Positions 11,001-19,565 of a DNA stretch of 64,000 bases are shown piece after piece. Numbering within the stretch: the stretch's first letter is position 1; each line of letters starts with the position of its first letter. The stretch lies in the IMG/VR virus record IMGVR_UViG_2788500615_000003, positions 1,196 to 65,195 of that record, one strand, 5' to 3'. The notes beneath the pieces are model-generated. The model saw only the letters and a list, made by a program, of their open reading frames with translations. It ran no database searches and was not told the origin of the DNA. The position numbers and the translations under genes are program-made. The stretch comes from a virus (lineage: Duplodnaviria > Caudoviricetes).

Positions 11001-14000
11001 TTCACCGTCGAGGCTGATGGCCCGAGGTGGGATGCCCATGACATCGGCCAGGTCCAGCAGGCCGTCGTATGCATCGTTCAGCAACTGCTGGCGGTCGGCC
11101 TGGTTGTTCCAGTTGCCGAACTCCACGCCGCGGAAGCCGAAGGTGTCGCCGAAGTCGCCATCCTTCACGTCGCCCGTGCGGCGCTCTGCTCCGACACGCT
11201 GCTCGCTTGCGGGGCGCGGCAGGTCCGCTTCTCCGAACGTGGTGTTGGTCTCGATGATCGCTGGAGCGTTCTCGGACATGTATCGCAGAGCATCCTCGCG
11301 CGTGTCGAAGGACTGTTCAACCACCTTCACGCGCTTGCGGTCGGTCACGTCACGCCAGATCTCGAACTTACCGTCTCGGGTGTACGTCACGCGGTGCTTC
11401 AGAGTGACGGCTGCCAACGGAATCGCGGCCTCCGCGTCCTCGCGGGTCGCGTAGGTATCGCGACCGACCTGCCGAGGCTGCTTCATAAAGTCGAGCGAGC
11501 GCGTATCGCGGATGACCCAGCGCCCGTCTTCGCCGGCATTGCGGCTCTTCGCAATCTGCGATACCTCGAAACGGCGAGCCCATGCCGGACGGTCATCTTT
11601 CGGCGCGGCCGCGGAACGCGCGCCGGTCTTCTCCGCGCGATCCTTACGAGCGCCGCCGATCTTCTCGCCGAAGTCCACGATCTTGCCGCTGTCCGGCGCG
11701 GCCACTGCGGAGGCGGGTGCGGGTGCCGTAGCCGGTGCCTTCGCCTCCTGCGGCTCCGCCTGGGCGGCCGGCGCACGCTCGCCCGCGGCTGCAACTCGCG
11801 GAAGCGCGGCGATGCGTGCCGCTGGACCGACCTTCAGTTCACGCTCGCTGGGCTGCGTGCTGTGCGTACGCTCCCGCTCGCCTGGGATAGCCTCGAACTT
11901 TGCCGGACCGACCTTGCGCGCGGCGCGCACCGTGACTGACCAGTTGCCCTCCTGGTCGGCGGGCTTGTATCTGATGACCTGATCGAAGCCTTCGCCGTAG
12001 CTGCGTACCACGTTGCCGGGCGTGAAGTAGGAAACCCTGGCTTCCTCCGCCTCGCGGGCGATGCGGTCGGCCTTCAGTTCGCGCTTGGGCTTCGGATCCT
12101 TGGCCGCTGCCATCTTCGCAAGCACACCGCGCGGCTGCTTCTTCGCGGTCGCAGGTGGACCCGCCGGTGCTGCCGGTGCTGCCGGTGCTGCCGGTGCTGC
12201 CGGTGCTGCCGGTGCGTCGGCGACAGGCTGAAGTGTGTTCCCTTCCTTCAGCCACGTCTTGAACTCGGCCATGTCCATCGCGCGCACAGGCCCGACCTTC
12301 CAGCCGGCATCGAAGTTCGAGCGATACGCCTGTTCGGCCGCTGCCTGGCTATCGAAGCCGAGCATCACCTTGTGCTCATCGAACCCACCGGACTGCTGAT
12401 CAAGTTGGTCCACCACAAATACCCGCTGGGCGTCTGGGTTCGGACCGATGTACGCATCCACCTGCTCGCCGTCGGCCCCCTCCGTGCGACGGATGTAGCC
12501 ATAGTGGTCGCTCATGCTGTGACGCCACTCCGTTCCATCGGGGCGCGTGCCGGTACGGTCCGAGCCGCGCGGGTTCTCCACTGTGATGTCCAGACCTTGC
12601 ACCCGAACGTGGCCCTTGACGTAGTTGCCGGCCTCCTTCTGCGCCTGCGTGGGCGCGGGCAGATCGTTCTGCGGGCTCGTGGCTGCCGCATGCGCCGCCG
12701 CGTCCAGGTCCGTGGATTCGCCGGTGGCCGCAGTACCGCCATTGAGCGGCTTCAGCAACTGGCGCGGGACGGCCGGCTGTTCGCCGAACAGGTATTCCTC
12801 GGCACTGTCCTTGTCGGCCTGCTGTGGCCACGCGAGAGCTGCCTCGAACTGCCGTGCATTGAACTCGTCGCCGCGCGCCCGTGCCTCGTCCATGGCGTTC
12901 TGCACCAGCCAGCGATCTACTGCCTTCAGTGTTGTGCCAGCCTTGCGGTCGGTGTCCACTGCCACCTTGGGGAATGGGGTGGTATCGCGGCCCGACGCGG
13001 TGCGCACGACCTCGCCGGAAGCCATCTTGCCGCGCACCTCGCCCTGCCGAGCCGGCTGCATGGCCTGAGTGAGCTTGCGCTGCACATCGACGTTGAGGTT
13101 CTCCCATTGCGCCCGCGGCACGTTTTTGCGCAGCACGAGCTTCAGATCGGTCTGAGAGGCCAAGGCCCGGCGCTCGGCCTCGGGCATGCGCGTCCAGCGC
13201 TCACCGGCGGCGGCGAGATCTGCGACCGCTGGAGCTGCCGACGGCGCGGCCTGGTCGGCGGCCTCGCGCCGAAGCGAAATTTCCTCGCGCACACGACGCT
13301 TCACCTCGGGGTTCTGCGCGCCCTTGAGCTGCGCAGTGAGCTGTTCGTCCGACCAGGAAGCGAGTCCCGGCGTGTTTTCGGGGCTGTCGATCACTCCGTC
13401 CGCACTCACGGCCGGCGTTGCCTGCGCGGGCTGCGATACCTGCGCGGCCTGGGTGAGCGTGCCGCCCTTGGGCTGCGTTTTCCCCGTCGCCGGCGCGGCA
13501 GCCTCTTGCATCGCAGTCATCTGATCGGCGGCGCCGTTGTCCACGGCGTGCGCAGCGGCGGCGCTCAGAGGCCCGGCCGCCGGATCCAACCCCATCTTCT
13601 GCGAGGGCGACTGGCTCTCCGGGACCGGGGTGACATCGACAACATCGCCGGCTTCGATGCGCTGACGGCGCGCGATGCGATCAGCGAGGCTCTGCTGCGC
13701 TTCAGCATTGCGGTCCGCGCCAGTTTCGGCGTTGCCTGCCCCATCCACGTTGATGACCGGAGGCGCAAGCGCGCGCGGTGCCTCGGGCACGAACTCGGGC
13801 GTGGCCGCCACTGGCGTGATGTCGGCGAACTCCCCATTGCGCGAACGCTGCAGCTCCGCATTGCGGTCCTGCGTGGTGCGTGCCACGCCGTCCTCTCCAA
13901 CGATGATGGCCGGCGGAGGCAATGCCACCGGGTCTGCGGCTGGGCCGGCAGGAGCACCTGGCAGAGCTTCAGCACCCGGCACGTCTACCCGGCGGCGGAG

Positions 14001-14882
14001 CGCAGCGCCAGCGCCACCCAACCCACCACCCACGGCGCCCAGCGCCGCCGAGTCCACGTAGTCACGGATAGCGTCCTCGTTCGTCAGATCCTGCTGCGCA
14101 CCCCAGCGCTCGATACCAGTCTGCACGCCTTCCGTAAGACCTTCGCGCGCCATGCTGGCAGGCACAGTGCGCACCGCGCGCGCCGCGATGTTCGAAGCGG
14201 ACGATCCCCCATGCGCCAAGCCCTTGAACATGAGTGCGTCGGCGGCGGTGTCCACGGCCGCTGCCCCAACCGCTGCACCAGCGACACGCGCCAGGTCGCC
14301 GCCGGTCAGGGTTCTGCCATCGTGCTGCGCCTGCTCGACCGCCTCGGGGTAGATAGAGCCGGCTTCCTGCACGACGTTGCTGCCGCCCATCGCGGCACCG
14401 GCGCCGATCTGCGCGCCACGCCGCGCCGCGAGTTGCGCCGCTTCCTCGCCCACCGCCTTCGCGATGCCGCGCTGCGCGATCTTCTTACCGACGAAGCCGC
14501 CCACACCGCCAGTGCCCAGCGCGGTCAGCGCTTGCCCGCCCACGTAGCCGGCGCCGTACTTGAGGAACTCAGTCGGATCGGCCTCGCCCTTCAGCACGTT
14601 GGAGAACGAATCACTATCTCTCGACAGGTCCTTGATCTGCTCCGTCTGCCGGTTGTAGATGTCCATGCCGTAGTTGCGCACGGCATCCGAGCCCACTGCA
14701 TCACCGACCAAGCCGATGGTGCCGCCGATGGTCTGTGGAATCTGGCGCATCGCGGTCTTGAAACCGCGCGCGAGCGAGCCGTCATCGTTCGGCGGCTTGA
14801 TCTGGCCGCGCTCCCAATCCGTGGGAGCACTGTCCGCCGGCGGCGTGATGGAACCCTTATCCCAGTCGATCTTTTCAGCCAT
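5085..14882 (-). CDS. Giant polyvalent / internal virion (ejected) protein, 3265 aa
   Basis: Inorganic-pyrophosphatase-like domain (ENPRGS..HYGYI..DGEQVD), zincin HEWFH motif, two HExxGH domains and a C-terminal PLxRFG motif (YAPLSRFG). Confidence 0.85.
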   Translation of the reverse strand: MAEKIDWDKGSITPPADSAPTDWERGQIKPPNDDGSLARGFKTAMRQIPQTIGGTIGLVGDAVGSDAVRNYGMDIYNRQTEQIKDLSRDSDSFSNVLKGEADPTEFLKYGAGYVGGQALTALGTGGVGGFVGKKIAQRGIAKAVGEEAAQLAARRGAQIGAGAAMGGSNVVQEAGSIYPEAVEQAQHDGRTLTGGDLARVAGAAVGAAAVDTAADALMFKGLAHGGSSASNIAARAVRTVPASMAREGLTEGVQTGIERWGAQQDLTNEDAIRDYVDSAALGAVGGGLGGAGAALRRRVDVPGAEALPGAPAGPAADPVALPPPAIIVGEDGVARTTQDRNAELQRSRNGEFADITPVAATPEFVPEAPRALAPPVINVDGAGNAETGADRNAEAQQSLADRIARRQRIEAGDVVDVTPVPESQSPSQKMGLDPAAGPLSAAAAHAVDNGAADQMTAMQEAAAPATGKTQPKGGTLTQAAQVSQPAQATPAVSADGVIDSPENTPGLASWSDEQLTAQLKGAQNPEVKRRVREEISLRREAADQAAPSAAPAVADLAAAGERWTRMPEAERRALASQTDLKLVLRKNVPRAQWENLNVDVQRKLTQAMQPARQGEVRGKMASGEVVRTASGRDTTPFPKVAVDTDRKAGTTLKAVDRWLVQNAMDEARARGDEFNARQFEAALAWPQQADKDSAEEYLFGEQPAVPRQLLKPLNGGTAATGESTDLDAAAHAAATSPQNDLPAPTQAQKEAGNYVKGHVRVQGLDITVENPRGSDRTGTRPDGTEWRHSMSDHYGYIRRTEGADGEQVDAYIGPNPDAQRVFVVDQLDQQSGGFDEHKVMLGFDSQAAAEQAYRSNFDAGWKVGPVRAMDMAEFKTWLKEGNTLQPVADAPAAPAAPAAPAAPAAPAGPPATAKKQPRGVLAKMAAAKDPKPKRELKADRIAREAEEARVSYFTPGNVVRSYGEGFDQVIRYKPADQEGNWSVTVRAARKVGPAKFEAIPGERERTHSTQPSERELKVGPAARIAALPRVAAAGERAPAAQAEPQEAKAPATAPAPASAVAAPDSGKIVDFGEKIGGARKDRAEKTGARSAAAPKDDRPAWARRFEVSQIAKSRNAGEDGRWVIRDTRSLDFMKQPRQVGRDTYATREDAEAAIPLAAVTLKHRVTYTRDGKFEIWRDVTDRKRVKVVEQSFDTREDALRYMSENAPAIIETNTTFGEADLPRPASEQRVGAERRTGDVKDGDFGDTFGFRGVEFGNWNNQADRQQLLNDAYDGLLDLADVMGIPPRAISLDGELALAFGARGSGLSGARAHYEPEKAVINLTKMNGAGSLAHEWFHAMDHYFGRQDGKAPTEWVTGKDGTRSLEVNSDFERNAASGGTRGERSGMRAEVQDAYRDLMNTITRKAEQYTEDTARADKFVATSRNEVEDRLASIRKNLSEKLPDYFKRNNKPATAEQLAEFDTLAQQIVNGEALELRVQSKNPKAAARLSGFRWTNDVLEKMSGILKAVRGQAGFSADQKGTLDALRGDMQRYSQRLKMLADAQESTEKTRAVPTSFAMDARELDQGRGQDYWTTPHEMAARAFQGYVEDKIAERGGTSPFLNYGPENAGILTPWGVKRPFPHGAERVAINQALDKLVGIIQTREGDDGNVALFSRSNNTRGAFEARIDALFAGGHAATGTRILDSSDVMGLLGYPKVPMMLNESHLRESMTTHPEMTAAAWKKVPDWLESPAAVYRDGGKSDRLIVIAPETIAGYPVMLVVEPNPTPARRGHSEPFQLLVTAYAKTTGGLPSPGYLATSGQLLYVDTKNAPEVWQRAGGQFPGQAALRGRQKILTEKQLGGYRRANNPAFSNGGGAGMSVADAKRTTDAIRSAWANGPEVVVVQSMQDPAVPQRVREHDAEQKSQGAEGEPEGFFFGGKAYVVAGQLSSQEDVARVLLHESLGHYGLRGVFGKALDPVLQQVATLREADVRAKAEQYGLDFDNVAQRLNAAEEVLAEMAQTEPTLGLVERAIAAIRNWLRVNVPGFGQLALTDADIVQGYLLPARQFVQGREARQAAPEPMPAYSRPKSRTSSAFSPAARMQAVQSVERTTDAIRNAWANGPEVVVAFDMGDPVIPEAARRADLKQRSGGARGAPEGFYYRGKVYLMASRLATPADAARVLFHEALGHHGLRGVFGKDLNGILNQVATMRRADVDAKVKEYGLRGVNKLDRRAAAEEVLAEMAQDTPEVHFVRRAVAAIRTWLREKVPGFRNLRLSDDEIIRNYILPARRFVEQGGPNGGGGVRGAAFSRDVAEASEPEAMFSRSKMSEYARTATAELNKTFSAPGKISWWHKTIGTMYNLAERAPAFKPVFEAAQGFVDDVSHFATDASELAPRLLPKLEAWRDITKSPITAADNKALARPVFEGTLSWARDESGKAVPVQSLVDAAAAMTVDQKAQRLLRNNQIDANMLKAWKGMPLESYEKEITSRYESRMLQPGVVWSDSELQSMFGLTDQQIGLYKEFRAATDRSLDTMARADMLRFGGDDVKAIKDQVMDAADAQAAAVMIRDHLIDLSNEQPDRATQLLNAANGIIDRADKVAELQGRGYAPLSRFGQYTVDVVADGERQYFGLFETAREANVMAAKMRTEFGDAAVSQGTLSNEAFKLFAGVTPESLEVFGNMLGLDSTGDSAQDHAFQEYLRLTKTNRSAMRRLIHRQGIAGFSEDVGRVLASFIYSNSRQTAAGLHMGDLGDAVNNIPKEQGELKDVAVRLAEYVKNPQEEAQAVRGLLFAQYLGGSIASAFVNMTQPAAVTFPWLSQFGGARKAAGALATAAKQMATKGFSYEADLAMALKDAEDDGTVSPQEVHQLMAQARGSGSLRSGDGTRLGDARAVGQNALSRLSLAWGKVFGAAEQVNRRITFIAAYRMARERGAEDPAGFAKQAVTETQFLYSKANKMSWARGAVGGTLMTFKTYSVAYLELLHRMYTQGGPEGKKAALLALGMLMVMGGAGGLPFAEDLDDVADALAQMLGYNFSAKKARQEVLEAMLPKGIADFLDKGISGLPGAPLDVSGRLGMGNLIPGTGLLQEKTSHTRDVLEIAGPAGDFASRILSGGRNVLTGDIGAGLLEMSPAAVRNAAKGADMAATGMYRDAKGYKVLDTSHMEAALKAIGFQPQSVATIQEANSLNQRAKGFYNLRAQEIRAQWAAGIFEKDDDKVQAARAAIADWNAKNPDQLMVVRVPDIMKRVREMSKSKDQRIADTAPKAMRSQMREDLARTRAELAVNPL
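12163..12215. repeat. In-frame 9-bp tandem repeat (GCCGGTGCT x~6) encoding an (APA)n linker
   Basis: Directly visible in the sequence. Confidence 0.95.
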
Positions 14883-14891
14883 TTTTTGCCT

Positions 14892-16430
14892 TTAGCGGGG
14901 AACCCACTTGCTGCCATCCCACACGGCGGTCTTGCCATTCACGGTGGAGGTTGATCCGACGGCGCGGGCGGCCTGCGGCGCGCCAGCGCCAGGGGCCTGC
15001 ATGAACTCGCCGGTTTGGTTATTGAGGACGCGCGATGGCACGTTGCGCATGGCCATTGCCTGCTGGTCCCACTCCTGTCCGCCGGGCACCACCGTGAAAC
15101 GGTTCGGGTTCTCCTTGCCCTGGAAGTCGCGAATCTGCTGTGCGATGGCAGAGCGCTCCGCCGGCTTGGCCGCCTCGTACTGCTGCTGTAGGCGCTCTAG
15201 GCGCTGCGCCGAGCGGGTCTGAAAACCTTGCGCCGTGCCTTCGAGGTTGAGGCGGCCCTGTGCAATCGCAGTGCTCGCTGCAGCACGCTGCGTGTCACCC
15301 GCTTCGCGCATCTGCGCAATCTCTCGCTGCTGGTCGGATGTGTAGCGCGTGGTGTCGTCGCGGCGCTCACCTTCCAGCATGCCCTGCGCCGTGCGGATCT
15401 GGTTAGCTGTCAACTGGCCATTGCGGGAGCCCGGCATCGGAGAAAGTGCCGCGCTCATCACGGCGCTGCGTTCGCGGTCCGCTCGCGACGTGTCTGCGAA
15501 GACACTCAAGCCGCCACCCGGGCGGAATCCCGCGGGCACGCCGCCCGCGGCCTGTGCCGCGGACTCGGCGGCATAGCGATCGGACAGCGACTGCGCGGCC
15601 GCATCGTTTTGCGCGGTCGGCGCACTGCGAGGCATGAACCCTGCGACCGCACCTTCGCGGCTATCCGCGTAGCTATTCCCTTGCCGGTAGACGCCGGGCA
15701 TCACCTGCTGCGCGCCGGGCGCCTCGGTGGCGGATACCGGGGTCGGGATCACCGCGGCCGGAGCGGGAGCCGGCGTGGGCGCAGGAGCGGCGGCAGCTGC
15801 GCGGGCGCCAGCTCCCCAACCCTCACCCACGCCGGCGTATGGGCGTGCAATGCCAGGCACAGCCGCGCTGGGGTTGTAGCTGAGAGAGCGAGGGTCGGTC
15901 TCCGCATTGAGGCGCCCCGATCCCTGCTGCACGGTCGCAGGCTCGAACGTCGAAGGACCCGTCGCCACGTAGGGCTGCATCATTCCGCCACGAGAGCCTG
16001 CAGTGGGTTCCCGGCGGAATACACCAAACGCAGCCCCCTGGGTCTGGGCAAGCGGGTCGCGGCGGGTCTCGTCGTCAGGAACGACGCCACCGTTCGCGAA
16101 AAACAGGTCGGACAGGTCATCATGGCGCTGCTCGGCGACGGGAGCATGCGTGGCCGCCTTCATCTCATCCAGCGCCCGAACGCCGATGGCGTGCACCTGC
16201 TCCGGAGGCAGTTGGTATTCGCCATTGCTCAGGTTCACAGGAACTGGCGCCCCCAGACCGGCGAGGTTGTCCTCACCAACCTCGGCAGTCGAATCGGCCG
16301 GCATGATGTAGCTGCCGGCAGGCACTTCAGCCTCGATGTCGTCGGACGTGCCGGTGCCGGGTCCGCGGACCTTGCCACCGTCGGCCAACCGTTGAACTTT
16401 GGGCTTGGCGCCCTTCTTGAATCCATGCAT
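14892..16430 (-). CDS. Putative internal virion/ejection protein
   Basis: GGKVRGPGTGTSDD...LSNGEY motif, seen in phage tape-measure/internal proteins. Lies next to the giant protein. Confidence 0.65.
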   Translation of the reverse strand: MHGFKKGAKPKVQRLADGGKVRGPGTGTSDDIEAEVPAGSYIMPADSTAEVGEDNLAGLGAPVPVNLSNGEYQLPPEQVHAIGVRALDEMKAATHAPVAEQRHDDLSDLFFANGGVVPDDETRRDPLAQTQGAAFGVFRREPTAGSRGGMMQPYVATGPSTFEPATVQQGSGRLNAETDPRSLSYNPSAAVPGIARPYAGVGEGWGAGARAAAAAPAPTPAPAPAAVIPTPVSATEAPGAQQVMPGVYRQGNSYADSREGAVAGFMPRSAPTAQNDAAAQSLSDRYAAESAAQAAGGVPAGFRPGGGLSVFADTSRADRERSAVMSAALSPMPGSRNGQLTANQIRTAQGMLEGERRDDTTRYTSDQQREIAQMREAGDTQRAAASTAIAQGRLNLEGTAQGFQTRSAQRLERLQQQYEAAKPAERSAIAQQIRDFQGKENPNRFTVVPGGQEWDQQAMAMRNVPSRVLNNQTGEFMQAPGAGAPQAARAVGSTSTVNGKTAVWDGSKWVPR

Positions 16431-16444
16431 AGGGGTGCCCTCGG

Positions 16445-16482
16445 AAAAACGGCCTGATACGGGTCATCTTCCGCATCAGGCC
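16445..16482 (-). terminator. Intrinsic terminator overlapping late promoter 2
   Basis: GGCCTGATGCGG-loop-CCGTATCAGGCC followed by GTTTTT on the minus strand. Confidence 0.6.
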
Positions 16483-16507
16483 GCCAAGTAGCCAACCCCA
16501 CAGGGGG
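16466..16507 (-). promoter_or_regulatory. Late promoter box 2 (CCCCCTGTGGGGTT-N22-GAAGAT)
   Basis: Motif copy with the exact 22-nt spacer. Confidence 0.65.
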
Positions 16508-16521
16508 TCAACCCCACGCGT

Positions 16522-18417
16522 TTAATACTGGTAGTTGTAGCTGGTCGAAGTGCTTTCGCTACGGCTGTCGGACGAACTGGCGCTGCCGGAGCCACTGACG
16601 CTGGCGGAGACGTGCGCCGCGGACATCGCGCCGGCCGCGAGCTGTGCCGTGAACTGGCCCAGTGCCTTGGCGGCCTCCAGCGCAATCTGCGCCTGCTGGA
16701 CAGCGTTCTGCATCTTCGCGGTGTACTCGCTCATCTGCATCTCGGCATACGCGATGTTGGTGCGCGTGTTCATGTCCGAGAAGCGCGACTGCATCTCCGC
16801 GTCGGCCACCGTGGCGCCTGCCTTCGCGCGCCAGGCTTCCACCTGCGCCTGGAATGCCGATGTCGAATACTGCACCGCGCTCAGGCTCGCTTGGAGCGTC
16901 GCCTTGAAAGCGTCCACGTCAGCCAGGAACTTCGACACCTTTGTGCGCGCGGCTTCCATCTTGATCTGCGCGCCCTTGACCTTGATCTCGGCCTTGTTCG
17001 CCAGGCCTTGAATGGTCGATGCGTACGCGCGGGCCTGCGAATCCAGCACGTTGGCCTTGGCCGCCTCACCCTTCACGCGCGCCTCGTACGCATCGAACTT
17101 CACCTTCTCGGCGCCGATCTGCTCGGCGTATGCCTGCACATCCGCGCGATAGGCATCGAACTGGTTCTTGAGGGTGTCGGCGCGCACCGAAGCACCCTGC
17201 ATCAGGGCCTTGTAGACCTCGACGTTCGACTGCACTGCCTCCAGTTTGGCCTTGAACACCTCCACGCGCTGCTGGTTGATCTGTCCCAGGGCCACCTGCC
17301 CCTCCACGGCGGTCTTATACGCCGTGAGCTTGGAGACAGCCGCGTCCAGCTTGGTCCGGTAGACCTGCGCGAGCGTCTGGAAGGCGGCGTTCTGCGCGTT
17401 GAAGAGGCTGATCTGCGCGTTGAACACGTTGATCTGACTTTCGGCCTGAAAGCGCGCCACCTCGAACAGGCGCTTCGCCATGTTCTGGTGCAGGTTCTCC
17501 GTCAGCTGCTCCAGCGCCATGCCCTGCTGCACCGCGAAACGGATGTTCTCGATCTCCCATTGCGCAGCCTGCACAAGGACATCTCGGTTCAGCTCGGCGG
17601 CCTTGAGGCGCCCCTGCTCACGGATCACGTCCGCCTGCTTTACCAGCATGCCTGGCGGCATCGAGAAGTTGCGCGCTGCCCAGGTGTCCACGGCCTCCTG
17701 CACCGCGCGCTGGGTCTCGGCGCTGTTGCGCTCGCGTGTGCGCGCGAACAGTGCATCCTCGATGGGCGCAGGCAGCCCGGTCCCGCCCGCCATCATCCCC
17801 TTCACCTTGGCCTGCAGCTCGTCCAGCAGCTCCGATGCGTAAGCCGGCTCGCTCCAGTTGATGAAGACGTTCGGCACGGTGATGCCGCTGGCGTCCGGCG
17901 CCACGGCGTCGAAGTTCGGCAGCTCCGGAAACACGAAGTCCGGCAGCCGGATTTGCTCCAGCGCCTCCATGTCCGGCATGGTGATGGTCGGCGCGTCCGG
18001 GATTACCACATTGGTGTCGATGGCTGGCCGCGCCGGCGCCGGAATGTCGGCCATGGCCGGGGCGTCGGGGATGTTGATTGGGATCGCGGTTGGCGGCGCG
18101 GGCAAGTCGTCCATGTCGCCCACATCCAGATCACTCAACAGGTCATCGATGTTGATTCCGTCCGGGAGGTTCGGCAGCTGCAAAGCGGGCGGCGAGAAAG
18201 TCGGTGCATCGCCGAGCTGCACCGGCGGCGGAGTGGCAACGGGCGCGGCGGGGCGCGTCGGGGCCGGCACGTCGGCCACCTCGATGGCACCGATCTGCGC
18301 CAGCGCTGCGCTCAATTGCGAGCTGTAGCGCTGCGCCAGCGTGTCCAGGTCGTTGATCTTGTCTGTGACGATTTCGACCGCCTGGCCGAGGATGCTGTCA
18401 GGTGCGATACCCATCAC
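16522..18417 (-). CDS. Virion structural protein (Pro-rich N-terminus, long coiled coil)
   Basis: 631-aa ORF coupled within the structural operon. Confidence 0.75.
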   Translation of the reverse strand: MMGIAPDSILGQAVEIVTDKINDLDTLAQRYSSQLSAALAQIGAIEVADVPAPTRPAAPVATPPPVQLGDAPTFSPPALQLPNLPDGINIDDLLSDLDVGDMDDLPAPPTAIPINIPDAPAMADIPAPARPAIDTNVVIPDAPTITMPDMEALEQIRLPDFVFPELPNFDAVAPDASGITVPNVFINWSEPAYASELLDELQAKVKGMMAGGTGLPAPIEDALFARTRERNSAETQRAVQEAVDTWAARNFSMPPGMLVKQADVIREQGRLKAAELNRDVLVQAAQWEIENIRFAVQQGMALEQLTENLHQNMAKRLFEVARFQAESQINVFNAQISLFNAQNAAFQTLAQVYRTKLDAAVSKLTAYKTAVEGQVALGQINQQRVEVFKAKLEAVQSNVEVYKALMQGASVRADTLKNQFDAYRADVQAYAEQIGAEKVKFDAYEARVKGEAAKANVLDSQARAYASTIQGLANKAEIKVKGAQIKMEAARTKVSKFLADVDAFKATLQASLSAVQYSTSAFQAQVEAWRAKAGATVADAEMQSRFSDMNTRTNIAYAEMQMSEYTAKMQNAVQQAQIALEAAKALGQFTAQLAAGAMSAAHVSASVSGSGSASSSDSRSESTSTSYNYQY

Positions 18418-19565
18418 ACTCTCCTTTTCGTGGGCGCCGTTTCGACGCGCAAATCGTTGACCAAGGCGCGCTGCCCGATGAGGCGCAGCACGAAGCTGAA
18501 ATGGCGGCCACGGAGTCCGCGGCCGAAGATGAATCGCCCGTTGGTCAGCTCGCCGGCTGGCTCTTCGGCCAAGGGGTAGCCGTACGTCTCGGCTGTGCCG
18601 CTCTGCGTGGTGGTCACATCCATTTTGGCAGTGCCATCCAGCTCGTATTCAAGGTAGGCTGCGAGCGGGTGCACCAGCACGCCCTGCCCGATGTCCAGCT
18701 TGCCGGTGGCAACGCGTCCGGTGATGGGGTCGGTGCCGCCGTCCAGCGCGTGCACGCCGTCTTCGGCGACGCCGTAGAGCACGCCGTCGATCACCGCTAC
18801 GCTGGTGAAGGTGTACGGCGCATATCGACTCATGGCCCAGGTTTCGGTGTTCGCCGTCCAGGCCTGGCCGGCGCCCTCGCCCATCGGCCCGCCCTCCGCC
18901 ACTGCAACGTCGATCACCAAGTCTCGCGCGTGCAGGTGGTCCAGCACCGCAGAGGTGATGCCCACGCGCTCGATCACCATGGCCGCAGCAGCTTGGCGCG
19001 CGTCAAACGTCTCATCGGCGAGCACTGCGGTGTCCACCGCAAGCGATTGCGCGTGCACACGACCGCCAGCCCAGTCGGACGCGACCGCCTGGTCCACCAC
19101 CATCACAGAGGCAAACTGCCCGCTGAAATCGTAGATCTTCGCCGCATCGATGACCAGTGTGCGCACGCGCCGCTGGCCCAGCGCTTCGTCGCTGATGCGC
19201 GCGGTGTCGGCGACAAGCGCGCCCGCCCGGTCGATGACGGAATCCGCGGCAGCGGCCGAGTCCAGATGAAGCACCCGCAGGCGCTCGGTCAACCGCTCGC
19301 CCACCGCTACCGACTCGCTGACAACATCTCGCGCGCGCAGCCCATCCAACACTGCGTCGCTGGCGAACACCTGCTCATGCGCGATGTAGCGCGTGCTGCC
19401 GGATTCCTCATCGCTCGCCGTCGCGCTGTCGGTATGGATAGCCAGCAGCCCGAATAGCACCAAGCTGACGATCTTTGCGGCGTCCTCTGTGATGGCCGTC
19501 AAGCGAATCCAGGTGGAGTCGCTGGCGACCGCCGTGTCCTGGCTGTCGTCGCGATAGTTACTCAT
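18414..19565 (-). CDS. Virion structural/tail protein with D-x-A-x-A-S-D repeats
   Basis: Short periodic repeats and operon context. Confidence 0.75.
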   Translation of the reverse strand: MSNYRDDSQDTAVASDSTWIRLTAITEDAAKIVSLVLFGLLAIHTDSATASDEESGSTRYIAHEQVFASDAVLDGLRARDVVSESVAVGERLTERLRVLHLDSAAAADSVIDRAGALVADTARISDEALGQRRVRTLVIDAAKIYDFSGQFASVMVVDQAVASDWAGGRVHAQSLAVDTAVLADETFDARQAAAAMVIERVGITSAVLDHLHARDLVIDVAVAEGGPMGEGAGQAWTANTETWAMSRYAPYTFTSVAVIDGVLYGVAEDGVHALDGGTDPITGRVATGKLDIGQGVLVHPLAAYLEYELDGTAKMDVTTTQSGTAETYGYPLAEEPAGELTNGRFIFGRGLRGRHFSFVLRLIGQRALVNDLRVETAPTKRRV

